Source: Giardia intestinalis (Eukaryota). Taken from it: a DNA stretch of 64,000 nucleotides. The notes under the pieces are model-generated. The model saw only the letters and a list, made by a program, of their open reading frames with translations, made no database searches and had not been told where the DNA came from. The stretch is taken from NCBI GenBank assembly GCA_000002435.2, contig CM018793.1. The stretch is one strand, 5' to 3'. Both the position numbers and the translations under genes were made by a program. Shown here one piece after another: positions 1 through 9,767 of the stretch (its first letter is position 1; each line of letters opens with the position of its first letter).

Positions 1-1
1 T

Positions 2-835
2 AAACCTCACGAGTTGTTTTCTTCTGCTAACAAACAGCTTTTGCAGGCCTACACAGAGATGGAGAACCACTTTTATTATGTGCAGGACAAACTAGAGTCT
101 ATCAAGAGGATACACTCTCGTCTAGATATGCACACCATTCTTTCCACACTGGAGTTAGAAGGAATGCATACACCCTGTGTTTACTTGTTAGAAAGCCAGC
201 TGACAGACGAAGCTTTGTTGTGGGCTGACACGCATTCACCCTTTTTGTTGAAGCCTAATGATAGCAATAATCATAATTTGTACCTCGTAAAGAGTGCTTC
301 GTCCCTGTCTAAGCTCTATCCTGAGTTGCAGGATGAGGCAGAACGACGCAAGGCACAGGAGGTCGGCGAGGCCTCTACCGCCGATGTCGATCTGCTGCAC
401 TGCAACAGCATCTATCTGATGGAGCAGTACATACCCCACAGTGCGGTGTTCAAACTATACACATATCGAGGCACGATTATCCATACAGACTTTCGTGCTC
501 CACTTCGTCTCCCAGAAGCCTTTCATCCAGAGGGATTGTGCGAAGCATACGGAGCTTGCGACACTTCGGAGGCTAGCTACCGGAAGATAAATTCACAAAC
601 GTGTCTGGAGATCCAGACCAGCATCGCATATGCTCCGACCCCCGTGGAATGGCGCCTGGTCCAGAGCGTTGCCCAGCTGATTTACGCCTCGCTGGGATTG
701 TCCATACTGGGGATCGATGCACTGCTTACTCCAACTGGATTTTATATAATCGATATAAATTATTTTTCTGGTCCAAAAAAAGCAGATTGGTTGAACCTTA
801 AAAAATTACTTATTTTGGACCTACCGAATTGCTAA
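2..835 (+). CDS. Inositol-1,3,4-trisphosphate 5/6-kinase (ITPK1)-like ATP-grasp protein. The 5' end is cut by the window edge: the frame is open from position 2 with no ATG.
   Basis: The C-terminal motifs LGIDALLTPTGFYIIDINYFSG and YIMEQYIPHSAVFKLYTYRG resemble the ITPK1 ATP-grasp core (…IDINAFPGY… and F.NH.AV.YKVYVVG). The track ORF begins at a TTG, so the true start lies upstream of the window. Confidence 0.5.
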   Translation, partial: KPHELFSSANKQLLQAYTEMENHFYYVQDKLESIKRIHSRLDMHTILSTLELEGMHTPCVYLLESQLTDEALLWADTHSPFLLKPNDSNNHNLYLVKSASSLSKLYPELQDEAERRKAQEVGEASTADVDLLHCNSIYLMEQYIPHSAVFKLYTYRGTIIHTDFRAPLRLPEAFHPEGLCEAYGACDTSEASYRKINSQTCLEIQTSIAYAPTPVEWRLVQSVAQLIYASLGLSILGIDALLTPTGFYIIDINYFSGPKKADWLNLKKLLILDLPNC

Positions 836-857
836 TTTTAATCTCGTAAATATAGTT

Positions 858-3800
858 ATGAAGGATGGCCAGTTAAAAATGAAACGATGCATCGTACGGC
901 GAGAGCTTTTACCGGGGCCATTTCTGATTCCAGTTATAGCCTTTCCATTTATTATCCTATTATCCTTATTGAAATTCTTTGGCTTGAACACCTCACAAAG
1001 GAAAATCCTACCGCTTAGCGCATACTTTTTACTTATGATTCTCATGAGCTTTGTGGAGCTTGGAGCCCTGTCCTTCGTCTTCGCTCTGCTCCATTACGCC
1101 TTTTGCCAAAAGCTTCCTTTGCCACCAATTTTCGTCAATCTTTTTTTGATTGTTATCTGCTTGGGGCTCTTTGTAGGAACTCTGTATGATCTTGAATCAG
1201 CGAGGGAATATCAAGGTATTCTCACGCTATCCATACTCCAAACCTATGTCTTCCATGTTTCATATCCTTCCTGGCCACTTCCGGACAACTATATTGTTGG
1301 ACGGAAAGCGCCGACTGGAGGAATTGAAGTTTTATTTGACAGTATCCGACTTCACTATCAACACTGGATTATTGTATTCGGTATCTTAGCTATTTTAACA
1401 GTAGCTGCTATTGTTGCATTGGTGATGAATTGGGACGCCTTCGTTTTTTCTCTCTTTTCACGGAGAACGCTTGTGGCCCAGCACAAGCGCATTCCCGCTC
1501 GAGCAGACCTTGCAGATAAGAGCTTACGGGTTCTAAACAGCATCAGTGGGTTCTCTGTGAAGGCGCCTCCAGCAATCCATCAACTTACCAAATCAGTCCT
1601 GTTCTACTCTGAGCAAGCGATTACAAGTCAGTCCATTGAAATGCAGAAAGTCCAGACACTGTCTTCAGTTTCTGGGCAGCACCAGAGCGAAGCCAGTGCC
1701 CTAGGGACGCGTATACTTGATGGAGTTGCAGTTTCAGAACGGCGAAAGTTCCCTGTCAAGCTCTACGATAACCTCTTCACTTCTCCAGAGTTCCTGGTTG
1801 CTGCCGTGTGCACTTTATTTTATATTATCATCTTGCTTGTGATGATCGTCAGAAAGTCCGTACTCCCGACCTTCCTTGACAGGGGGGCTCCGATGTCGTA
1901 CATATTTCTGAAGCAGATGGGGCCGTATCAAGCGTCGCTGTTCAGCACTGAAGATACCTATACCGCTATGGTCCAACGCATCCGGTCACAGTACACGCTG
2001 TCTCCAGAGGAGTGCTGGCTTGACCAGCGGGAGCCCCCCGTTTATCCTCTTCTCTACGCGTCCCACGATGTCTGCTGTGCGTATAACCGTGCCGTTGAGG
2101 GCGTGGACTGCACTGCGCTAAGATCAGGTCCTGCTGACCTGAAGCAAAAGATAAGGTCCGACCCCGGGCTTCAGTCTGACCCCCCAAACGTCGTCATTCT
2201 TTTCTGGGAAAGCTTGAGTCTGAGTCCGTATTTCTACACAGACGCGTTCCTTCAGGGACAAGAGCAGCTCCTGCGCTCGGCAGATGGTATGCTGAAGGCA
2301 ACTATCGTCCCTAACCTGCAGAGGTTCGTACAAGATGGCATTTCCTTTGTTAATTCGGCCTCCTTGGGACTCCCCACAGTTTCTGGATGGCACTCGCTGA
2401 TGACTGGCCTGGTCCCCAACTTCTATGGGGTGAATATGATCACATCTGCCGTCACAGATGTTTATGGGCTACCACAATTCTTTTCAGATGCAGGATATAA
2501 GAACTTTTATATTAGCCCTAGCTCGTTTGCCTTCGACGGGAAAGACGCCTGGGTGACTCGCCCAGGTTGGTTTACTGATGTTGTATACTATCATCCAACG
2601 GACGAGCAGGCCGAGGAGCTCGGAGTGGATCCAGAGAGTGTTCCTCAAACAAAGTCTTGGGTTGCAGATCGAATAACTAACCGACAGTTTATCACTACCT
2701 TCTCTGACGTTGCAGAGAAGGATCCGACCAAACCTATTCTGGGTGTTTACATGAACGTTGACACCCACACGCCCTTCACCGGGTTCGACAAGGAAGAGTT
2801 CTACTCCGACGAAGTACTGGATGGCATGATTGCATCCTGCCAAGCCGATCCGGAGACCCCCGAGTGCAGGTTCCTGTTGGATCCGTACATTGTGAAGTAC
2901 GCTCGGGTCCTAAAGTACTCCGACAAGTACTTCCTCGGAAAGACCCTGGAGTTTCTAGAAGCTCATCATCCCAATACCATAGTCGTGATTGTCGGGGACC
3001 ACGGCACGAGGGTCTCCATTGATAAGAAGCGTCTAAGAAAAGGCGTAAGTGATGCTTGGACATACAGCGAGGAGTGCCTTACAGCCGCATTTCTCGACGA
3101 CAACGCCTTTGTTACGGGTGCATACCTACGCTACCTCGGCGGCCCAGGAAAAGGCACCTACAACGCACGAGTGTATGACTTCTTTGAAAAGTGGAGAGGG
3201 ACTGCTTATATGGGCACCACAGACAACCGTGAAGCAGTGCACCTGGCCTATCTTCTCGCCGTGGACGAGAATCGACGCACAAAAGTGCCCAGCTACCGAC
3301 TCACACGGAACCTGGCAGACGTCCTGCAGAACGCATCTCTGGGGCGTGTTCTCAGTCCGTGGCACAGTGTTTCTTCTATTGGTCTCGGGGTAGAGTACAG
3401 GACGGAGAGGACGCTCTATCGAACAAACAGTCAAGACCGATCTGGAGCGCTGCAATATGGGGATATTAAGGGCCTCACATGCATTGACATAATTGATAAG
3501 GGTTCAGGGCAAGCCCGCAAGGACCAGGTCAGAACAAGTCACACACTCCGTGTGGTAGAAGATAGCGACATGTACAATCAGGCGATTGAACTTGTCCAAT
3601 TCCATAACTTCCTCCTCACTAACGGCCGGGTATTCCACAAGTCGTTCTCCAACACAATGTGCGTCGATGAGTCGTATGCTGCAGGCACCGATGAGCCTAG
3701 GTGCTCGTTTCCAGCGCCTGATGGAAAGCGCACAGGCCAGTGGCTGTTCGGGGCGATTCTGGGCGTCATGGCTGTTATCGGTGCCGCAGTCGGTGGGGTA

Positions 3801-3887
3801 CTCTCTTCAATAGCTTACTGTTGGCGTTACAAGCACCTACGCAAGTTGCTAAAGGAGAAAATTGCAGGCTCTACGCCAAACTTGTAG
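858..3887 (+). CDS. Polytopic membrane protein with an alkaline-phosphatase-superfamily (sulfatase-fold, LtaS/EptA/OpgB-like) phosphotransferase domain.
   Basis: ATG start. Several N-terminal TM helices are followed by a Ser/Gln-rich linker and one more TM. The catalytic region carries NVVILFWESLSLS (cf. LtaS NVIVIQLESF). VPNLQRFVQDGISFVNSASLGLPTVSGWHSLMTGLVP aligns to the sulfatase PNLDRLAkeGvrFtNay..sPvCsPSRasLLTG with Thr in the nucleophile position. IVVIVGDHG is the metal-site motif. A C-terminal TM follows. Confidence 0.6.
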   Translation: MKDGQLKMKRCIVRRELLPGPFLIPVIAFPFIILLSLLKFFGLNTSQRKILPLSAYFLLMILMSFVELGALSFVFALLHYAFCQKLPLPPIFVNLFLIVICLGLFVGTLYDLESAREYQGILTLSILQTYVFHVSYPSWPLPDNYIVGRKAPTGGIEVLFDSIRLHYQHWIIVFGILAILTVAAIVALVMNWDAFVFSLFSRRTLVAQHKRIPARADLADKSLRVLNSISGFSVKAPPAIHQLTKSVLFYSEQAITSQSIEMQKVQTLSSVSGQHQSEASALGTRILDGVAVSERRKFPVKLYDNLFTSPEFLVAAVCTLFYIIILLVMIVRKSVLPTFLDRGAPMSYIFLKQMGPYQASLFSTEDTYTAMVQRIRSQYTLSPEECWLDQREPPVYPLLYASHDVCCAYNRAVEGVDCTALRSGPADLKQKIRSDPGLQSDPPNVVILFWESLSLSPYFYTDAFLQGQEQLLRSADGMLKATIVPNLQRFVQDGISFVNSASLGLPTVSGWHSLMTGLVPNFYGVNMITSAVTDVYGLPQFFSDAGYKNFYISPSSFAFDGKDAWVTRPGWFTDVVYYHPTDEQAEELGVDPESVPQTKSWVADRITNRQFITTFSDVAEKDPTKPILGVYMNVDTHTPFTGFDKEEFYSDEVLDGMIASCQADPETPECRFLLDPYIVKYARVLKYSDKYFLGKTLEFLEAHHPNTIVVIVGDHGTRVSIDKKRLRKGVSDAWTYSEECLTAAFLDDNAFVTGAYLRYLGGPGKGTYNARVYDFFEKWRGTAYMGTTDNREAVHLAYLLAVDENRRTKVPSYRLTRNLADVLQNASLGRVLSPWHSVSSIGLGVEYRTERTLYRTNSQDRSGALQYGDIKGLTCIDIIDKGSGQARKDQVRTSHTLRVVEDSDMYNQAIELVQFHNFLLTNGRVFHKSFSNTMCVDESYAAGTDEPRCSFPAPDGKRTGQWLFGAILGVMAVIGAAVGGVLSSIAYCWRYKHLRKLLKEKIAGSTPNL

Positions 3888-6800
3888 TGAGAAATGCGAT
3901 CATATCAGCATTATTTAGTTCGATGGCTTGATCCAACGCCGTCTTTCCAGAAGCGTCTTTAATAGTTCCTTCTGCTGAAACTAGCAATCTAACAGCCTCA
4001 AATTGATTATTTGCAACAGCATTCATTAGCGCAGTTTGTCCACAGTCCGTACATAATTTTCCTTCTCTACGCAGCAATGTTTCTATTATAGAGCAGTGCC
4101 CAAATGATGCTGCATACATCATTGCAGTCCATCCATCTGGACGCGTGATACCAGCTTCTCTATAGTACAAAATCCGGGCCACCTCTGCATGGCCATGGAA
4201 AGATGCTATCATAAGAGCTGTCTCGCCATCGGTGGTTACGGCTCCTGTCTGCGTAGGAGCCAAGAAGCGGGCTGCTTCTAAATGGCCCATTTCCGCTGCA
4301 ACCATCAGAGGCGTCCGCCCACTGGCATCCCTTATGCGTCCTTCAGAATAAAACAGTTGCCGGATCACATTCATGTTTCCCGTACTAGTGGCCATTAGCA
4401 ACGCTGAGGTACCATCTAGAAGTAGCATACCACACTCCCGCTTTAGCAATATAGAGACAGACTTAGCGTCCTCTGCTAATGCAGCAAGCATTAGTGCCGT
4501 GAGACCCTCCGGTGTTGCGAGCCCTCCTTCAAGACTACATAAAAGCTCAACTATCTGGGGGCTGCCATTGCAAGCCGCTCGCATTAGCGCAGACAAGCCT
4601 GTGCTCGTCAAACGGTTTGCCTCTACACCTGCTAAAATGCTCACACACGCATGGTTTTCCCTTTCGACTGCGAACATGAGGGCTGTGTTTCCATCAGTAT
4701 CTTGCAGCCCTCCCTCTGTAGCAACAAGAAGCCTTACTGCCGGGACATTGTTGTGGTATGCTGCGCGCATTAGTGCTGTGCGCCCATACTGATCCTGGAC
4801 TCCTGCATATGCTAATAGCCCTTTCAGTGACTGATTCTTTGTGACAGCTAACATAAGAGGTGTGTCTCCTGGATTGCATTTGATCACTAGCTTGGGTATT
4901 TGAATATACTCTTTGTACTTGTTTAGGAGATGCTTAGATTGAGCATTGTTATGACTACGCCAAGTAGATTTGCTCTTTTCCAATTCCAGTTGTCGCTCTG
5001 CCTCTTCCAGTGCTGCAGTACATTTATCTTTCTCTTGCATTATCACCTGATTGGCTGTCATAAAGCTGTGCAGCTCTGACGATGTGTGACCTAGTTCCGT
5101 AGTGAGAGCATCTACTGTCTCTGTCAGCTTTGAGATTTCTAGTGCTTTTCCCTCGCACTCCTGGGCTTTGTCCCTTAATTGTAAGGTCATCAGATATATC
5201 TTTTCATTGAGTTCTGGTATAAGAGCGCCCCATTCTCTCAGCCGTGCTTTCTGGTCTGCCATAAGAGACTCATATGATTTTAGCTTAGCAGCCAAGCAGG
5301 CATTTTCGTCCAATGTAGCCTCGTACTGTGCAGTTAAAGTAGTATACTTTTCACTGATTCTAGTCTTTTCTGACTCCACTGCTACCAGCTGTTGGCGTGT
5401 CTGGTTCAAGTCTAAGGTTAATGTATCATTGCAGTGTCTAGCCTCACATACCTTGCGCTCACCAGAAGCAACGCTCTCTTTGAGAGACGCCACCTTATCA
5501 GAGAGAGCTTCTATCTGAGTTTCCTGTTCTGACACACGAGCTACCTGGGCAGAAAGCTCCTCTATTTCCAGACACATTTTTACTTTCTCTTCTTTCAGAG
5601 AAGACACCTGGCACCTCAATGCTTCCGATTCATCTCTGAGCTCTCCAAGCTCTGCATCCTTAGAGCTCAGAAGACATTCAAAATTAGTTATTGCTGCCTG
5701 CTGCGCATCTTTGTCTACCAATAAGGAGCTAATTTTTCGTTCCAAAGTGCTGATGTCCCGTGCTTTGTCATCCAGGTTCTTATTTAGTACCTTAATTTCT
5801 TCTTCGTGGGCAACAAGAATACCGTTGAGACTTTCCAGGGTACTGGCTAGAGAATCTATCTGCTCCGTTTGCTCCTTGATTTTTAATTGCCGTTCATTAC
5901 TTGCCCTAACCTCCTCTTCATATGACTTAACAAGCTTCCTATTTTCTTCCTCAACGCGCTGAAGTGCTTCCGTGGTTGACTGGAGTTGCAACTCCATAGT
6001 AGAATTGATGCCTTTTGCATCAATAGCCTCCTTCTTTAAAGTCTCCACCTGATTGTGGAGCTCAGATATGTCCGTAGCTGCCTTCTTTAAAGAGAGGTCT
6101 TTGCTTTTGATGTCAGTAATCAAGATATCTATATCCCTACTCTGTGCATCCAAAATAGTCTTGTGAACCCCTATGGCTCCAAATTTGGGCAGGCCTAAAA
6201 GATCCGCAGCTGATGGACGGGCATTAGGATCAACGCTGAGCATAAGGCTTACAGTATCGCGAAGTTCTTGGGAATATTCGTTCATGATAGGTTCATAACT
6301 GTTATGCATGATCACATCTACGAGGCTCTCTCCTTCTAGCTCAATAAACGGACGTCGTAGAGTACACAATTCGTAAACGACACAGCCGAGAGACCACACG
6401 TCTGCCTTCTCAGTGTATGGTAGCTGCTGCAGAATCTCTGGTGCGGTATAGAACGGGGATTCTGCGTCACGAATGAGAGAATTACTACCTAAGACTTGGT
6501 GTAGGCTGAAGTATCCTAACTTGATTAGATCTCCCTCCCCGACAAATATATTGCTCGGGATAATGTTTCGATGGACTATGGAGCCCACATGAATTGCGTT
6601 TGGCTTTCTTACACTGTGGCAGTACTCCATGGCGATGAGAAGTTGAGCGAAGATTCTCCATATTCGATCTTCCTCGATCTGTGTGTGCTCCTTTCGGTAG
6701 AACCTAATGACATCGGCGAGATCTCCTAGTGTGAAGTGCTCCATAAGCAGATAGCTCATTTTAGCTTCATGGTCGTATACTGATTCTAAATAGCGCACTA

Positions 6801-7005
6801 CGTGCTTGTGCACCAAGTGGGGAAGGATTTCTATTTCCCGTTTTAGTCTTATGCGCTCTTCTGTGGATATAATGCTATAGTCTATTTCCATGCAAGCGTA
6901 AACTTCCTCTGTTTCTTGAATACGCACTCGGTTTATCTTGCCAAAAAGCCCTCTCCCACACATCTCTAGGCTCTCAGCCGTGCCGCATTTGAATGCAACC
7001 TTCAT
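3871..7005 (-). CDS. Nek-family protein kinase-like protein with a central coiled coil and C-terminal ankyrin repeats. It is predicted to be a catalytically dead pseudokinase.
   Basis: ATG at 7003-7005. The kinase fold is recognisable (GRGLFGKINRV glycine loop, APE motif in FYTAPEIL, DVWSLGCVVYEL), but VAIK becomes YACME, HRD becomes HRN (VHRNIIPSN) and DFG becomes GYF (KLGYFSL). A long heptad-rich segment follows. The C-terminus has at least eight ankyrin repeats of the G.TALM.AA..GH type. Confidence 0.8.
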   Translation of the reverse strand: MKVAFKCGTAESLEMCGRGLFGKINRVRIQETEEVYACMEIDYSIISTEERIRLKREIEILPHLVHKHVVRYLESVYDHEAKMSYLLMEHFTLGDLADVIRFYRKEHTQIEEDRIWRIFAQLLIAMEYCHSVRKPNAIHVGSIVHRNIIPSNIFVGEGDLIKLGYFSLHQVLGSNSLIRDAESPFYTAPEILQQLPYTEKADVWSLGCVVYELCTLRRPFIELEGESLVDVIMHNSYEPIMNEYSQELRDTVSLMLSVDPNARPSAADLLGLPKFGAIGVHKTILDAQSRDIDILITDIKSKDLSLKKAATDISELHNQVETLKKEAIDAKGINSTMELQLQSTTEALQRVEEENRKLVKSYEEEVRASNERQLKIKEQTEQIDSLASTLESLNGILVAHEEEIKVLNKNLDDKARDISTLERKISSLLVDKDAQQAAITNFECLLSSKDAELGELRDESEALRCQVSSLKEEKVKMCLEIEELSAQVARVSEQETQIEALSDKVASLKESVASGERKVCEARHCNDTLTLDLNQTRQQLVAVESEKTRISEKYTTLTAQYEATLDENACLAAKLKSYESLMADQKARLREWGALIPELNEKIYLMTLQLRDKAQECEGKALEISKLTETVDALTTELGHTSSELHSFMTANQVIMQEKDKCTAALEEAERQLELEKSKSTWRSHNNAQSKHLLNKYKEYIQIPKLVIKCNPGDTPLMLAVTKNQSLKGLLAYAGVQDQYGRTALMRAAYHNNVPAVRLLVATEGGLQDTDGNTALMFAVERENHACVSILAGVEANRLTSTGLSALMRAACNGSPQIVELLCSLEGGLATPEGLTALMLAALAEDAKSVSILLKRECGMLLLDGTSALLMATSTGNMNVIRQLFYSEGRIRDASGRTPLMVAAEMGHLEAARFLAPTQTGAVTTDGETALMIASFHGHAEVARILYYREAGITRPDGWTAMMYAASFGHCSIIETLLRREGKLCTDCGQTALMNAVANNQFEAVRLLVSAEGTIKDASGKTALDQAIELNNADMIAFLTTSLA

Positions 7006-7111
7006 CAGACCTCCAATGTTTAATGGAAATTGTCATAAAACTAAACCGGTGCGAACAAAAACTCCGCACAGAGTAGGCTCAGCACCATACTCATAAAGAT
7101 TGAGACTAGAG

Positions 7112-7663
7112 ATGTCTGTGATCGAGGAGCACGAAGGAATAGTTTATCGTTACTATCGTGACGAAGCAGACTTACGGACCGTCCAGAACCTATTCGCACG
7201 AGAGTTGTCCGAGCCGTATCAGATTTGGACGTATAGGTACTTTGTCGAGCCGTGGCCGACGCTCACCATCTTTGCAGAGTCCAATGAAGAAATTGTGGGG
7301 TGCTGCATGGCAAATATCGAGACCAGGTCTAAATCTGCTAAACTAGATGGGGTAGCTAAGAATCCTGGTGTTTCTCATACAGACGCTGCTTCTACATATA
7401 AGCGGGGGTATATAGGTATGATCTCTGTAATAGATGCATACAAGAGGCGAAGGATAGGTCAGAGGCTCTATATGCTAGTGTTAAAAGAAATGAGGAATTT
7501 CGGGGTTACAGTCATTTCACTTGAGACAGAAAGTGATAATATAGGTGCGCTGCTTTTCTACGAGTCCCTTGGCTTCCGGAAGATGCGCCTCTTCTCGAAC
7601 TATTACATGAACGGAAAGAACGCCTATAGGATGATGAAGTGGCTGGCCCCGAATATAGATTGA
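7112..7663 (+). CDS. NAA30: N-alpha-acetyltransferase 30 (NatC catalytic subunit, MAK3 homologue), GNAT fold.
   Basis: SEPYQIWTYRYFVEPWPTLTIFAE, RGYIGMISVIDAYKRRRIG and LFSNYYMNGKNAYRMMKWL align closely with NAA30/Mak3 ([57 protein letters not shown]). The track ORF starts at a TTG (7100); the first ATG is at 7112. Confidence 0.8.
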   Translation: MSVIEEHEGIVYRYYRDEADLRTVQNLFARELSEPYQIWTYRYFVEPWPTLTIFAESNEEIVGCCMANIETRSKSAKLDGVAKNPGVSHTDAASTYKRGYIGMISVIDAYKRRRIGQRLYMLVLKEMRNFGVTVISLETESDNIGALLFYESLGFRKMRLFSNYYMNGKNAYRMMKWLAPNID

Positions 7664-8441
7664 ACCACAGAATGGTCAACTACCCAGCTGTTAAGCTTTA
7701 CGAGGCCTCGCCACGTTTGGGAACTCCTCGTTGTATGATGGATCCCCAACTGTTAAACCAATCTAATTTAGATATAATCATAACATTAAAGGCAATCTCT
7801 ATAAAATTTAAATTAAAACCGTAAGGTACATCAGAACTTGAAAGGTTTATTACAGGCCAATCTTCCAGTAATAGTCTGTAAACTTCTGTGCACTTGTGTA
7901 TCTTGTGTTGATATGAGTACTAAACCCTCGAATATTGGGACCATGAGGCAAGCATTCACCCAAAGGTTTCCAGGGAGCTCTATCTTATTATCCTAATTTC
8001 CATACGATCCCACCTCTCAAAAGAGTGGGAGTAGACAGAGTCGTCATAATTCATTCACTCTTTTTTCTAGATACTCAGGAGAGATCTTGATACCTAGAGA
8101 GATCAAGAACCACCATCTTTTGAGTACATGCACAAGGAGGAGATCTTAATAGGGTCTGTTCCCAGAGATTCCTGCCATTGGAAAGGCAGCTTCACCGCCT
8201 GGGCATTGCCCTGTACATAGCTATAGCTACTGCTTGGTGAGCATGAGTAAACAAGTAAGTAGGTAGTAGCTTACAAGTCTGTCGTAGAAAGGCAAAGATC
8301 CTACTGGCTGAAATTTGCATCCATAGATACAGCCTCACTGGGGTCGTGTTCTGGCGGCAGTAGACACTCGAGCTTCGGTGCCCGTTATCTACCGCAGCAA
8401 GATCGATCGCGTCATGACAGAGGTCTCCACCAGGGACGCAC

Positions 8442-9767
8442 CTACTGCCGCAGGAGCTCCATGATGTGCCCGTACACCCGATTACACACAACGACAAGCT
8501 TGCAAACAAAGCTGTTCCATTGCTCGGGTCCCGCTGCGGGGTGCACGGGAGCGGCCCCATCGATGCTCGCCGTTCGATGATCGCCTTCGGGTGTTAGTAT
8601 TATGTTCAGCTTCCGAAGCGCTTGTACATCGAGTACTGCTGAAGAGACATAGAGGGGATTCAGAAGTAAAGGTTTCCGCTGGCCTGCGGTCTCAGTCTTA
8701 TCCACCGTCAGCCCCAGCCCGTAGTGCTCACTAAGCATCTGACGGTTGCTGTGCATATTCAGTAGGTATCGACTGATCGTGATGGCACATGGGCACTCAA
8801 GCCCCAGGAAGATGTAGAGGTCGACAACGAAACCCAGTAGAGCCCCCAGCCCGAGGGAGAATGTATCCTTGTCTGCGCCCGTGAAGAGCTTCGCGTTCGC
8901 CGTCGGCTTCTCCCACACAAGTTCACAAACAGTCCTCCCTGCCCGCCGAAGTCCCCGGAGCTGGGGGTCTAGAGTCTGTTGAGAGACTGCCTGCAGGACA
9001 GACGTGGGAGCTCCGTCATGGTAGACTATAACTAATGGAGCAGGAAGAGCGGCAACTAGAATAGAGTAGAGCCTCGTAATGCGAACCCCTTCGGGTTCTG
9101 AGATTGCACCTTGGCGCGAAAACACAGAGCGATAGACGTCTCCAAAAGTTGCTTGATACAGCATCTGGATGCAGAGAGTCAGCTCTGCTAGCGCTGCATT
9201 AATGCCGTCCCTATTACGCAGGACTGGGAGGGCAGTACTAGGCGCATCTGTAGCTTGAAGCGTGTCCCCAAGCTTCTCAGCATGAGCAGGATCTACTTGC
9301 AAAAGCGAGAACCCATTTACCGCAGATGCTGCTTCATTGAAGACAAACAGTGGACGCATGCTCCCTTGCCGAGAGACACGCAGTTGGTGGCAATCATTGA
9401 GGCATGTAAAGGTGGGGATTTGTTTGTTGGGGTTCTGAAGTTTCAGCTGTTCCTCAAGCTCCTTGATCTTTTGCTCCTCTTCTTCTATCTCACTTTGTAT
9501 ATTGATAGAAGGAGCAGCGGCCTTCAAGCTTCCAGACAAGGCCCGCATTCGCTTTCTACGCGCCATCTGCTTTTCAATGATGGCTGCGTCACGAGCATTC
9601 CGGTCCTTCTGCAGAAGAAGAGCCTGTCTAATTCGTTCATAACATGCCGAGCAAAGGAGGGAGACTGCTGTCAAATCAGGCATAGCTGGTAATGGTAATG
9701 CAGATGCAAGCGAGGAAGCGCAGTAATCTATTGGTTTAAAGTGAGAGTTACAGACGGAGCATAACAT
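8442..9767 (-). CDS. Hypothetical protein with an N-terminal paired CxxC motif, a coiled coil and a C-terminal globular domain; the architecture resembles Atg14/UVRAG-type PI3K-complex adaptors.
   Basis: The first ATG is at 9765-9767 (the track ORF started at a GTG). CSVC…CSAC is followed by a Glu/Lys-rich heptad region (EIEEEEQKIKELEEQLKLQ) and then about 300 aa of mixed alpha/beta sequence. Codon usage looks coding. Confidence 0.5.
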   Translation of the reverse strand: MLCSVCNSHFKPIDYCASSLASALPLPAMPDLTAVSLLCSACYERIRQALLLQKDRNARDAAIIEKQMARRKRMRALSGSLKAAAPSINIQSEIEEEEQKIKELEEQLKLQNPNKQIPTFTCLNDCHQLRVSRQGSMRPLFVFNEAASAVNGFSLLQVDPAHAEKLGDTLQATDAPSTALPVLRNRDGINAALAELTLCIQMLYQATFGDVYRSVFSRQGAISEPEGVRITRLYSILVAALPAPLVIVYHDGAPTSVLQAVSQQTLDPQLRGLRRAGRTVCELVWEKPTANAKLFTGADKDTFSLGLGALLGFVVDLYIFLGLECPCAITISRYLLNMHSNRQMLSEHYGLGLTVDKTETAGQRKPLLLNPLYVSSAVLDVQALRKLNIILTPEGDHRTASIDGAAPVHPAAGPEQWNSFVCKLVVVCNRVYGHIMELLRQ

